A stretch of 64,000 nt of DNA from Saccostrea cucullata (GCF_032062105.1 NW_026932470.1:186001-250000), one strand, 5' to 3'. Positions 26,501 through 38,467 are shown, numbered from the stretch's first letter. Translations and numbers: made by a program. The notes: generated by a model from the sequence alone, not told the origin.

Positions 26501-29500
26501 CTACTTGTAGCCAGGTTAGCTATGAGACAGGCAGCATTACAGAGTAAGGAGAAGATTACCTGGTCTTCACTACTTGTAGCCAGGTTAGCTATGAGACAGG
26601 CAGCATTACAAAGCACTTGCTTGTTTTTGGGATTCCCCCTGATGGCTTTCTGTATGGAACGACCAGCAGTGAAGTCCTCCTATGATCAAATTACAGCACA
26701 CAGATGCTAAAAACCAACTTTACCACAAAATAGCATTTAATTTACCTCTCTAAATTTTTTGATTTTTTTTTTGTGTTTACCTGAACAATCCTATGTTTCT
26801 GCCAGTTTGAACCCAAAGAAAGGAAACAAATGGTTTTTAATGCCACCTCCTGCATCTGTTGATATACATTTATAAAACTTAAAATTATATTTCTAGTTAA
26901 GAAATAACTGGTTAAGAATCTTTGAATATTTGATCACTAATTGTAAAAGTTAAATAGGTTGTTATTTTCATATTTTTTTCGAAAGTAAACAACAACTAAA
27001 CTAAAATCCAGTTTATCATTATTACATGTATGTATCAGCATTATTTAATTAAAACATGCATATAAATATTAGAAAATCAAAATAAAGATAAGTGATCTGG
27101 AACCAAAAAACCCATAGAATATTAAATCCAATAGTTGCAGCATAGGAAAAAGACAGAAAATGACACTCTGCAATATTAAATCAAGCCAAAAATTAAATCA
27201 CTTCAAAAGCCAGTAACTTTTACTGAATTACCGTATAATTTCAATTTAGCAACCACCTTAATTTGTTATTTTTAAAATAGACTTGGATCATAAAAATTGA
27301 ATTTGTTAAAATTTATAGAAAAAAAGGATCTAGAGGGGTGATCAAGGGGGTCTAGACCCCCTCTCCCTGGAATTTGCAGAGTTATTAAATTAATACACTA
27401 AACCAACTAAAAATGACTTTTGACCCCACGTAGAAAATGTAGACCGTTTCTTGAAAATCCAAATCTGTGTTAAGTTGGTATGAAAAGTCCTAGGTGTATG
27501 AAACTTGAAAAGTCAATGACTAACATCCTCCATCATCGAAATAGCTTTTAAACATTTTGGAAAGGATTTTACTCTTTTTTTGCTTGTCAAGAAATTTCTG
27601 GGTTGGAATTTTTTTTACTTTAAGAATGAGGCCCTTTATTTCGCTGGTTGCTAAAGAAATTGTTAAATGGTATTACTAGACTAGTGATAAAACCCATAAA
27701 AAACAAGAATGTAACTCAAACTAAAAGATGAAATTGAGAAAAATTAGAAGCAAATATTTTTGCCAATCACAACAATTCTGTTCACCTTCTGGGTGGATCA
27801 GCATGTTATACTGGATTCACTGGAAATATATGGGGTGTAAATGTAACAAATTTCTAAAATAATTTGTTGAGATCTCTAAAGACCCATGCATACTATTAAG
27901 GAATATAACAGTTCGAATTTAATTGATTCAATTTGATTGATGATAAGAAGCCACTTTCATTTGTTAAGAAAAGTGTGACGTTTAATGGATTCAAAATGGT
28001 AGAATTATGTGCCATGTTATACCTGTTCATCTTCTGAGCCAGCCAGTGAGCATACAGAAGTTAAGACGTTCAGTGGACTCTCTAGGATTTTATTGTGTGT
28101 ACTCGTGTCCTCCGCAATCAAACTGAGTGTGCTCACGGCTACGAGTGACACGGCATTACAGTCAGACGTACAGCTCAGTCGAAGAACAGGCTCCAAGGCC
28201 CCATCCTCCAGGGCTGTCAAAAGAGAAATGAAAATCAAAGGAAAGATGGCTAACCTTATTTCTGTTAATTTTCATCTGACAAAAAGCAAAAGCAAGCATT
28301 AAAGGAACAAAAATTGTACATTTTTTAACTTTCAAAAGTTGTACTTTCAGCATTATTTTCTATTGAATTTTAACTCAGTACCTTGTGAAGTCTTAACATT
28401 TACTTAGTGAAGAATCTGCGATACCTTTACTCTTCAGATCAGGGAGTCTACAGAAGATTTTCAGCGTACTGATCCCCTCCACTAGGGTCTGTTCACAGGT
28501 CAACGCCGTCTTTGACAATATGCTGCAATAACACCATAATTTAGTAAATTTACAGCACAAAATCACTGAAACACAGAATATCATTCTATTCCCATTACAT
28601 CTACTGATTAAAGAGTTCAAAATGCTAAAGTAAATACATCATATATTGACTGTTTAAAACTTTATCTTCGGAAGACCTTGACTGTACAAAATTTTAAAAG
28701 AATTCCGGGTAATAATTGTTCAATAGGTCTGCTAAACGTTCCTACCTACAGATTGCTTTGATGGCCCCAGCATCTGCCAGGTATCTGTGTAGGGGTTGAT
28801 GAGTGGACAGGATCTGAAGACCAGCAATGACCTTACCCTACAGAAAAATAAAGTCCAACTTTACTCTACACAAAAATAAAGTTCAACCTTACCCTACAGA
28901 AAAATAAAGTCCAGGATCAATCTTACCCTACAGAAAAATAAAAGTCGGGGATAACCTTACCCTATACAAAAATAAACTCCAACCTTATCCTACAGAAAAA
29001 TAAAGTCCAACCTTACCCTACACAAAAATAAAGTCCAGGATCAATCTTACCCTACAGAAAAATAAAAGTCGGGGATAACCTTACCCTATACAAAAATAAA
29101 CTCCAACCTTATCCTACAGAAAAATAAAGTCCAACCTTACTCTACAGAAAAATAAACTCCAACCTTACCCTACAGAAAAATAAAAAACTAGAGGTACTGT
29201 GAGCGATGAGCTCACTAAATGATACCCCCGGCCTCCACATAGCTATAATGGCAAAGTCCATGTTTTGCTGTGGCCGTGAAACCCAAAATATGTGTCGGAT
29301 CAAAAAGTAAAATAGGAGGTGCACAATGGCAATACATGTATGTAATAAAGATTCTGTGAAAGTTTCATCAAATTTCATTCAGTGGTATGAGAGGAGTTGC
29401 GGATAAGAGATGGGTACCCCAAAGCCTTACCCTACGGACGGAATACTATATACCCTCCCGCTTTTCAAGCGGGGGGTATAATAAAGTCCAACCTTACTCT

Positions 29501-32500
29501 ACAGTAAAAAAGTCCATTCTTACTCTACAGGGAGATAATGGTCAACATCAACCTTAGACTACTGAAATATAAAGGCCAGCAAATTAAGGGCAATGATAGC
29601 CTAACCTACTGAAAAAAGGCCAGTATCTCAAGGTCATTTATAACCTAGCCCGCTGAAGACTAAAAGGCAACAACTCTAGAAAGTCCAGTTAGAGGACAAT
29701 ATATGCAAAATAAAAAAGATAAAATTTAAACTAGTGTTAATTAAGAAACATACATGTTGACAGAAATAAAAATGATCAAGAATTATGTATAATTTGTTAC
29801 ATTAAGTAATTAAATATTAAATATTGCTGACATACCTGTATAACAGGGTGATCATTCTTTGCTAACATTATTAATGCCTGAACACCACCAAGTTCAACAA
29901 CCTGAAGTACATGAATTCAAAAACTTTGTCAATCTTTAAAATAATACTTGACATTGCATAACATCTTAATTGTTTAGGATTATGTATGTCTGGATATAAT
30001 GAAAGAAAAGATAAATCTAAGTCCTACCTTACAGAGGCCTGTGATTTCTCCACACTGACTGACAAGGTTATTGGCAGCTTCTGATTTAAAATTCTACAAA
30101 TATTTTGTGCACGTAAATAATAGTGGTACCTGAAGCTCTACATTTAATTAATGTAATTTTTAATTATTCAGAATTAAGAAATGAAAGTGACTGTGTGTCA
30201 CATGTGACCAGGTGTGTGGAATGTGTTTAAGGTGCTAGTTACCTGTAGAGGTGAGAGTGACTTTTCAAATGAACACTGTCACATGTGACCAGGTGTGTGG
30301 AATGTGTTTAAGGTGACAGTTACCTGTAGACCAGTAGAGGTGAGATTGATTTTGTGATGAACTCTGTCACATGTGACCAGGTGTGTGGAATGTGTTTAAG
30401 GTGACAGTTACCAGTAGAGGTGAGAGTGACTTTGTGATGAACTCTGTCACATGTGACCAGGTGTTTGGAATGTGTTTAAGGTGACAGTTACCTCTACAGG
30501 TGAGAGTGACTTTGTGATGAACTCTGTCACATGTGACCAGGTGTATGGAATGTGTTTAAGGTGACAGTTACCTCTACAGGTGAGAGTGACTTTGTGATGA
30601 ACTCTGTCACATGTGACCAGGTGTGTGGAATGTGTTTAAGGTGACAGTTACCAGTAGAGGTGAGAGTGACTTTGTGATGAACTCTGTCTCATGTGACCAG
30701 GTGTGTGGAATGTGTTTAATGTGACAGTTACCTGTAGACCAGTAGAGGTGAGAGTGATTTTGTGATGAACTCTGTCACATGTGACCAGGTGTGTGGAATG
30801 TGTTTATGGTAACAGTTACCTTTAAACGAGAGATTGATTTTGTGATGAACTCTGTCACATGTGTCCAGGTGTGTGAAATGTGTTTAAGGTGACAGTTACC
30901 TGTAGAGGTGAGAGTGACTTTTCAAATGAACACTGTCATATGTGACCAGGTGTGTGGAATGTGTTTAAGGTAACAGTTACCTTTAAATGAGAGATTGATT
31001 TTGTGCTGAACACTGTCACATGTGACCAGGTGTGTAGAATATGTTTAAGGTAACAGTTACCTTTAAATGAGAGATTGATTATGTGATGAACTCTGTCATA
31101 TGTGAACAGGTGTGTGGAATGTATTTAAGGTGACAGTTACCTGTAGAGGTGAGAGTGACTTTGTGATGAACTCTGTCACATGTGACCAGGTGTATGGAAT
31201 GTGTTTAAGGTGACAGTTACCTCTACAGGTGAGAGTGACTTTGTGATGAACTCTGTCACATGTGAACAGGTGTGTGGAATGTGTTTAAGGTGACAGTTAC
31301 CTGTAGAGGTGAGAGTGACTTTTCTCATGAACACTGTCACATGTGACCAGGTGTGTGGAATGTGTTTAAGGTAACAGTTACCTTTAAATGAGAGATTGAT
31401 TTTGTGATGAACTCTGTTATACGCAAGTGAGTTAAGGCTACATATAGAGGTTTCTATGCAAAATATCTAATTAAATTCGATAATTGCTCTACCTACCGCA
31501 CAGAAAATGTTAAGACTTGTTTTCTAATACATTCTTGGTACCCAAGACATGCGATAGCCAGTACACATTATTACGTCATATTATGACGTCATCGACCTCT
31601 ACTACACACGTTTATAAGAAACATCAACAAAATCGCTTCGGCGCAAGGGCATACCTTACTTTGTTTTACAGAAACAAGGTATAAAAAGATGCAGGATATT
31701 CCAAGGATTTAAGATATTGCTGCACAAATGTTGGGACTGCAATTTTTTAGTTACTATTCGTGCAGTTTTAAGTTTATATAGGGTAAAAATTCACAGTCCA
31801 GAGTAAGTTTTATAAAATTTTAATTGATTTAGAAAGCGCATAGGATTTGTGCAGCAATTTTATTAGTTTCAAGAATATTCTCCTTAATATTATACACTAA
31901 TTATTTTAAATTAGATAGGATATGCCCTTGCGCCGACGTGGTTTTGTTGATGTATTTTATTACCTTGAATGGGAGAGAATAATGACGTCATAATATGACG
32001 TCATAATGTGTACTAGTATAAATATGCTGTGGGTACTAAGTATGTTTAAGAAAATCAATTTGAACTGTCTCTGTACATAAATTATACAACTTATGAATTT
32101 TTAATTGCTCATTTGCATAAAAATGTCCATGTTTAGCCTTAACTTACTTGCGTATGTGACTAGGTGTGTGGAATGTGTTTAAGGTAACAGTTACCTTTAA
32201 ATGAGAGATTGATTTTGTAATAAACTCTGTCACATGTGACCAGGTGTGTGGAATGTGTTCAAGGTAACAGTTACCTGTAGAGGTGAGATTGATTTTGTGA
32301 TGACCTCTGTTACATGTGACCAGGTGTTTGGAATGTGTTTAAGGAGACAGTTACCTCTACAGGTGAGAGTGACTTTGTGATGAACACTGTCACATGTGAC
32401 CAGGAGTGTGGAATGTGTTTATGGTGACAGTTACCTGTAGAAATAAGAGTGACTTTGTGATGAACTCTGACACATGTGACCAGGTGTGTGGAATGTGTTT

Positions 32501-35500
32501 AAGGTGATAGTTACCTGTAGAGGTGAGAGAGACTTTGTAATAAACTCTGTTACATGTGACCAGGTGTGTGGAATGTGTTTAAGGTGACAGTTACCTGTAG
32601 AGGTGAGAGTGACTTTTCTCATGAACACTGTCACATGTGACCAGGTGTGTGGAATGTGTTTAAGGTAACAGTTACCTTTAAATGAGAGATTGATTTTGTG
32701 ATGAACTCTGTTATACGCAAGTGAGTTAAGGCTACATATGGAGGTTTCTATGCAAAATATCTAATTAAATTCCATAATTGCTCTACCTACCGCACAGAAA
32801 ATGTTAAGACTTGTTTTCTAATACATTCTTGGTACCCAAGACATGCGATAGCCAGTACACATTATTACGTCATATTATGACGTCATCGACCTCTACTACA
32901 CACGTTTATAAGAAACATCAACAAAATCGCTTCGGCGCAAGGGCATACCTTACTTTGTTTTACAGAAACAAGGTATAAAAAGACGCAGGATATTCCAAGG
33001 ATTTAAGATATTGCTGCACAAATGTTGGGACTGCAATTTTTTAGTTACTATTCGTGCAGTTTTAAGTTTATATAGGGTAAAAATTCACAGTCCAGAGTAA
33101 GTTTTATAAAATTTTAATTGATTTAGAAAGCGCATAGGATTTGTGCAGCAATTTTATTAGTTTCAAGAATATTCTCCTTAATATTATACACTAATTATTT
33201 TAAATTAGATAGGATATGCCCTTGCGCCGACGTGGTTTTGTTGATGTATTTTATTACCTTGAATGGGAGAGAATAATGACGTCATAATATGACGTCATAA
33301 TGTGTACTAGTATAAATATGCTGTGGGTACTAAGTATGTTTAAGAAAATCAATTTGAACTGTCTCTGTACATAAATTATACAACTTATGAATTTTTAATT
33401 GCTCATTTGCATAAAAATGTCCATGTTTAGCCTTAACTTACTTGCGTATGTGACTAGGTGTGTGGAATGTGTTTAAGGTAACAGTTACCTTTAAATGAGA
33501 GATTGATTTTGTAATAAACTCTGTCACATGTGACCAGGTGTGTGGAATGTGTTCAAGGTAACAGTTACCTGTAGAGGTGAGATTGATTTTGTGATGACCT
33601 CTGTTACATGTGACCAGGTGTTTGGAATGTGTTTAAGGAGACAGTTACCTCTACAGGTGAGAGTGACTTTGTGATGAACACTGTCACATGTGACCAGGAG
33701 TGTGGAATGTGTTTATGGTGACAGTTACCTGTAGAAATAAGAGTGACTTTGTGATGAACTCTGACACATGTGACCAGGTGTGTGGAATGTGTTTAAGGTG
33801 ATAGTTACCTGTAGAGGTGAGAGAGACTTTGTAATAAACTCTGTTACATGTGACCAGGTGTGTGGAATGTGTTTAAGGTGACAGTAGCCTGTAGAGGTGA
33901 GATTGATTTTGTGATGAAAACTGTCACATGTGACCAGGTGTGTGGAATATGTTTAAGGTAACAGTTACCTTTAAATGAGAGATTGATTTTGTGATGAACT
34001 CTGTTATACGCAAGTGAGTTAAGGCTACATATAGAGGTTTCTATGCAAAATATCTAATTAAATTCGATAATTGCTCTACCTACCGCACAGAAAATGTTAA
34101 GACTTGTTTTCTAATACATTCTTGGTACCCAAGACATGCGATAGCCAGTACACATTATTACGTCATATTATGACGTCATCGACCTCTACTACACACGTTT
34201 ATAAGAAACATCAACAAAATCGCTTCGGCGCAAGGGCATACCTTACTTTGTTTTACAGAAACAAGGTATAAAAAGACGCAGGATATTCCAAGGATTTAAG
34301 ATATTGCTGCACAAATGTTGGGACTGCAATTTTTTAGTTACTATTCGTGCAGTTTTAAGTTTATATAGGGTAAAAATTCACAGTCCAGAGTAAGTTTTAT
34401 AAAATTTTAATTGATTTAGAAAGCGCATAGGATTTGTGCAGCAATTTTATTAGTTTCAAGAATATTCTCCTTAATATTATACACTAATTATTTTAAATTA
34501 GATAGGATATGCCCTTGCGCCGACGTGGTTTTGTTGATGTATTTTATTACCTTGAATGGGAGAGAATAATGACGTCATAATATGACGTCATAATGTGTAC
34601 TAGTATAAATATGCTGTGGGTACTAAGTATGTTTAAGAAAATCAATTTGAACTGTCTCTGTACATAAATTATACAACTTATGAATTTTTAATTGCTCATT
34701 TGCATAAAAATGTCCATGTTTAGCCTTAACTTACTTGCGTATGTGACTAGGTGTGTGGAATGTGTTTAAGGTAACAGTTACCTTTAAATGAGAGATTGAT
34801 TTTGTAATAAACTCTGTCACATGTGACCAGGTGTGTGGAATGTGTTCAAGGTAACAGTTACCTGTAGAGGTGAGAGTGACTTTTGTGATGACCTCTGTTA
34901 CATGTGACCAGGTGTTTGGAATGTGTTTAAGGAGACAGTTACCTCTACAGGTGAGAGTGACTTTGTGATGAACACTGTCACATGTGACCAGGAGTGTGGA
35001 ATGTGTTTATGGTGACAGTTACCTGTAGAAATAAGAGTGACTTTGTGATGAACTCTGACACATGTGACCAGGTGTGTGGAATGTGTTTAAGGTGATAGTT
35101 ACCTGTAGAGGTGAGAGAGACTTTGTAATAAACTCTGTCACATGTGACCAGGTGTGTGGAATGTGTTCAAGGTAACAGTTACCTGTAGAGGTGAGATTGA
35201 TTTTGTGATGAACTCTGTTACATGTGACCAGGTGTGTGGAATGTGTTTAAGGTGACAGTTACCTCTACAGGTGAGAGTGACTTTGTGATGAACTCTGTCA
35301 CATGTGACCAGGTGTGTGAAATGTGTTTAATGTGACAGTTACCTGTAGAGATGAGAGTGACTTTTCAAATGAACACTGTCATATGTGACCAGGTGTGTGG
35401 AATGTGTTTAATGTGACAGTTACCTGTAGAGGTGAGAGTGACTTTGTGATGAACTCTGTCACATGTGACCAGGTGTATGGAATGTGTTTAAGGTGACAGT

Positions 35501-38467
35501 TACCTCTACAGGTGAGAGTGACTTTGTTATGAACTCTGTCACATGTGACCAGGTGTGTGGAATGTGTTTAAGGAGACAGTTACCTGTACACAGGGATCGA
35601 CACGAACTTTAAAACCATAGTTGTCAACAGTGGTAGCCATTAATAATTTCCACTAGCCCTGTTCATGTATTAGTTGTCCAGCAGCCAAAGGCTGGTGGCC
35701 GAGTCGCGAAGCGACGAGGGGGATAGGTGTGGGAGGGGGTTTCCCCCTCCTGCTAGTGAGGATACGGGGGGCCTCCCCCGGGAAATTTTTAAAATAGAGA
35801 TGCCAATTCCTGCATTCTGGCTGTATTTTGGATAAAAATTGTTACTCTATGAAGTATGACGATAAAACATATGTTTGAAATTAAATTGAACAATGATCAG
35901 TTACATTGTGCGTAAATTATAAATATTTTTGTTACTCTGATTGAGTGTTTGGTAAAATTTACAGTAGTCCTGCAGGGTAAGTTTAAAGGCATGTTTAGTA
36001 GCCCGACCTCAATATTCAGTTGTCCCGTGCCAGCGGGCTACTGTAAGTGTCGAACCCTGGTACAGGTGAGAATGACTTTGTGATGAACTCTGTCACATGT
36101 GACCAGGTGTGTGGAATGTGTTTAAGGAGACAGTTACTTCTACAGGTGAGAGTGACTTTGTGATGAACTCTGTCATATGTGACCAGGTGTGTGGAATGTG
36201 TTTAATGTGACAGTTACCTGTAGAGGTGAGAGTGACTTTGTGATGAACTCTGTCACATGTGACCAGGTGTATGGAATGTGTTTAAGGTGACAGTTACCTC
36301 TACAGGTGAGAGTGACTTTGTGATGAACTCTGTAACATGTGACCAGGTGTTTGGAATGTGTTTAAGGAGACAGTTACCTCTACAGGTGAGAGTGACTTTG
36401 TGATGAACTCTGTCACATGTGACCAGGTGTGTGGAATGTGTTTAAGGTGAGTTACCTGTAGAAATGAGAGTGATTTTGTGATGACCTCTGTTACATGTGA
36501 CCAGGTATGTAGAAAGTAATTAAGGTAACAGTTACCTGTAGAGGTGAGAGTGATTTTGTGATGAATTCTGTCACAGGACGACAAGACTCGCACACTCTCT
36601 CTGGATCCTCCAAACCAAGCTGTGGTAAGGGAATCTGTAAAGACAGCATTTGTATATATTCATCAATAATATGTTGACATTGCAACTGTTAAGGCGAGCA
36701 CAGATTAATTTAGATCAGGCTTATCAAACCGCACATGAAATTTGGTGCATCTAGACTCTGATGTCACATGATACTGTATAGCAGGTTAAAATCGCGGTCG
36801 GAAAAGATCGCGATTTGTTCAATTTTCAGCAAATCGAGGTCGTTTGAATTCGCGGAAAGGCAAAAATCATACATTTTTTAATAGTACTTGCCAGCATTTT
36901 TCTTTACGTATATATTGTGTGAACTGTTATTTTCAGTCTATATCTTAGTATTATCTTACGAAAGTCTGTTCATGTATATAGAGTATATCAGACAGGAAAG
37001 GAAAGTCTATATATTGTGTCAATTTTGAGCCTGATTAAATAATAATGAAACACCGGACTGATCCAGATTTGAAGGCAAAATAATGTTACGCATTCAGAAT
37101 ATTTTTTATTTCCAAGTCCAAATAAAAAAAAAATATATAGTAGTCAAATTGTTGAACTTTTAATCATATAATTGAAATTAATTAATTGTCTTTACCCTGT
37201 TTACTTCGAAAGTGCCTTGATTAAAGGTAATGACTGATTGATAGGCATGGGTGAAATTATACAAGCTTGTTTAATTAAATAATTACATTGCACGTCTACT
37301 AGATGGCAAAACTACCGTCATCGTATAGAAATTAATTTAGCAATAAATAAGCTTTACAAAACACCAACAACTACGTGTTTGTATACACTCTCATAATTAT
37401 AATGGTAGTCTACATCTAATTTACAGATGATAATAAAATTTCAGTTTATCCTTATGAACCTTTTCAAGAACTATTCACTGTATGTTGAATTCGCGGAATT
37501 TCTTTTTCCGCGAATATAGCGAATATTAACTCCGCGAGTTAATTTCCTGCTGTACAGTATCATATGTAAGTTGCATTTACCAAAAAGAATCCTGAACAGC
37601 CCTGAAAGTCAACGAAGAACATTTCATATACTATTTATCTCCAAAATATATCCATTAAAAAAATCTAGCGAGTTAACATTTTGTTGAACTTTTCCCATTA
37701 TTCTCACAAGACATAGCTTTAACAAGCGATGCATTGTGGGTCCAGAGTAACTGCGAAAAAAATTTTTTTTTTTTTGATCAATGTGCAAAGTCTTGCTTTA
37801 AGAGCTCGCAGTGAGCTATCATTCATGATTTGAGTACAGAAAGCATTCTCAAAAATTATAAATAACTATCTTAAAACTTAATTCATCACATTGCTGCATG
37901 TACATTTATAAAACTGTCTTTTGTCAAAGAAGCATGTAACAAAACATTTCAAAGCTTGTATACTGCTCACAAAAAAATTGTGGGAAATGTTTCCTCTGTA
38001 TACCAGTGTAAAACTTTGCTTGCCCATTGTGACCCCATCCTATCCCTTGGAGTTATGATCTGAACAAAAATTGTTAATTTACACTGTGTAATAAAGGCCA
38101 TGTTTACCTTTTCATTACAGCACTTGCTGCAAAAAACATTTCCACATTGGCGGCAGTGGTGCTTCCTTCTCAGCTGATTAAACTTGTTTTTACACCACTG
38201 ACAAGCAGACACTTCATCATCTGATATCCATCTGTAAATAAAAAATACTTCTTCAATCAAATTTACATCTTTCTGACTTTCTTTTATGTACAAGTCACTT
38301 GCCAGGAAAAACGAAAGGATGCGACAGATCGAAATTGAAAGTAGGATATGATCTTCTGCTTTGTACCTGTTTTTCAGAAGAGTAAAATTCGTCGAAGAAA
38401 ATACATCAGTTAAACCTTGGACAACTGCCGGAGTAATTAGTCTTCCCTCAAGTTTCACTGATGTCAT
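23584..38467 (-). CDS. FYVE zinc finger + armadillo-repeat protein (about 442 aa, 12 coding exons)
   Basis: Exons 38467-38367, 38231-38108, 36634-36536, 30093-30028, 29901-29836, 28837-28746, 28522-28425, 28213-28023, 26679-26560, 25550-25419, 25340-25210, 23692-23584. All GT-AG, phases match, total 1329 nt. FYVE motifs [15 protein letters not shown] and ERVC; ARM-like segments [44 protein letters not shown] and TARGLANFA. Confidence 0.88.
25679..25767. repeat. Short hairpin or mini-MITE
   Basis: Perfect 20-bp inverted repeat ctagccaagggtttctgata / tatcagaaacccttggctag, plus inner tctcctcat / atgaggaga. Confidence 0.75.
25790..26612 (-). repeat. 12 x 69-bp tandem array made of the 3' end of exon 9 plus its splice donor
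   Basis: Unit translates LCN(A/T)ACLIANL(A/T)TSS(E/D)DQ|VIFSL. Every copy retains CAG|GTAAT and no stop occurs until after copy 12. Confidence 0.95.
28830..29530 (-). repeat. About 14 x 28-bp tandem array made of the exon 6 splice acceptor, interrupted by a HINE
   Basis: Minus-strand unit tggactttatttttctgtag|ggtaaggt; 124-bp higher-order period (ccaggatcaa at 28911 and 29035). Confidence 0.9.
29186..29481 (-). mobile_element. Short HINE/Helentron-like element inserted in the acceptor array
   Basis: aactagaggtactgtgagc..gctcac at one end and tataccctcccgcttttcaagcggggggtataa hairpin at the other. Inserted in the A-run of a unit, with the array resuming afterwards. Confidence 0.7.
31420..32154. 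mobile_element. 735-bp long-TIR MITE, TA target, copy 1
   Basis: TA-cgcaagtgagttaaggcta ... tagccttaacttacttgcg-TA; imperfect inverted arms extend about 300 bp. Confidence 0.88.
32714..33448. mobile_element. 735-bp long-TIR MITE, copy 2
   Basis: Near-identical to copy 1, at the same position within the 80-bp unit. Confidence 0.88.
34007..34741. mobile_element. 735-bp long-TIR MITE, copy 3
   Basis: Near-identical to copies 1 and 2; spacing 1294 and 1293 bp. Confidence 0.88.
35591..36059. mobile_element. Non-autonomous hAT-like element with 5-bp TSD
   Basis: GTACA-cagggatcgacac ... gtgtcgaaccctg-GTACA. Removing it restores the unit sequence acctgtacaggtgag. Confidence 0.85.
36772..37559. mobile_element. 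MITE with TA ends (Tc1/mariner-like)
   Basis: tactgtatagcagg..aatcgcgg ... ccgcgagttaatttcctgctgtacagta; subterminal gaattcgcggaa motifs. Confidence 0.8.

Larger units (their letters stand above)
30195..36575 (-). repeat. About 46 x 80-bp tandem array made of the 3' end of exon 3 plus its splice donor, filling intron 3
   Basis: Period 80 (actctgtc at 30361, 30441, 30521, 30601, 30681). Unit is 39 nt encoding [13 protein letters not shown] plus 41 nt starting GTAACTG. Confidence 0.95.

Noticed and set aside
25832-26710. 292-aa plus-strand repeat ORF
   Set aside because: Antisense shadow of the 69-bp array; the splice signals and ARM homology are on the minus strand.
30195-36575. CRISPR-like appearance of regular repeats
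   Set aside because: Contiguous tandem units without unique spacers, no cas genes, and located in a eukaryotic intron.
32431-36593. ORFs 32431-32634 and 36300-36593
   Set aside because: Read-through of 80-bp units; only 36634-36536 is a supported exon.
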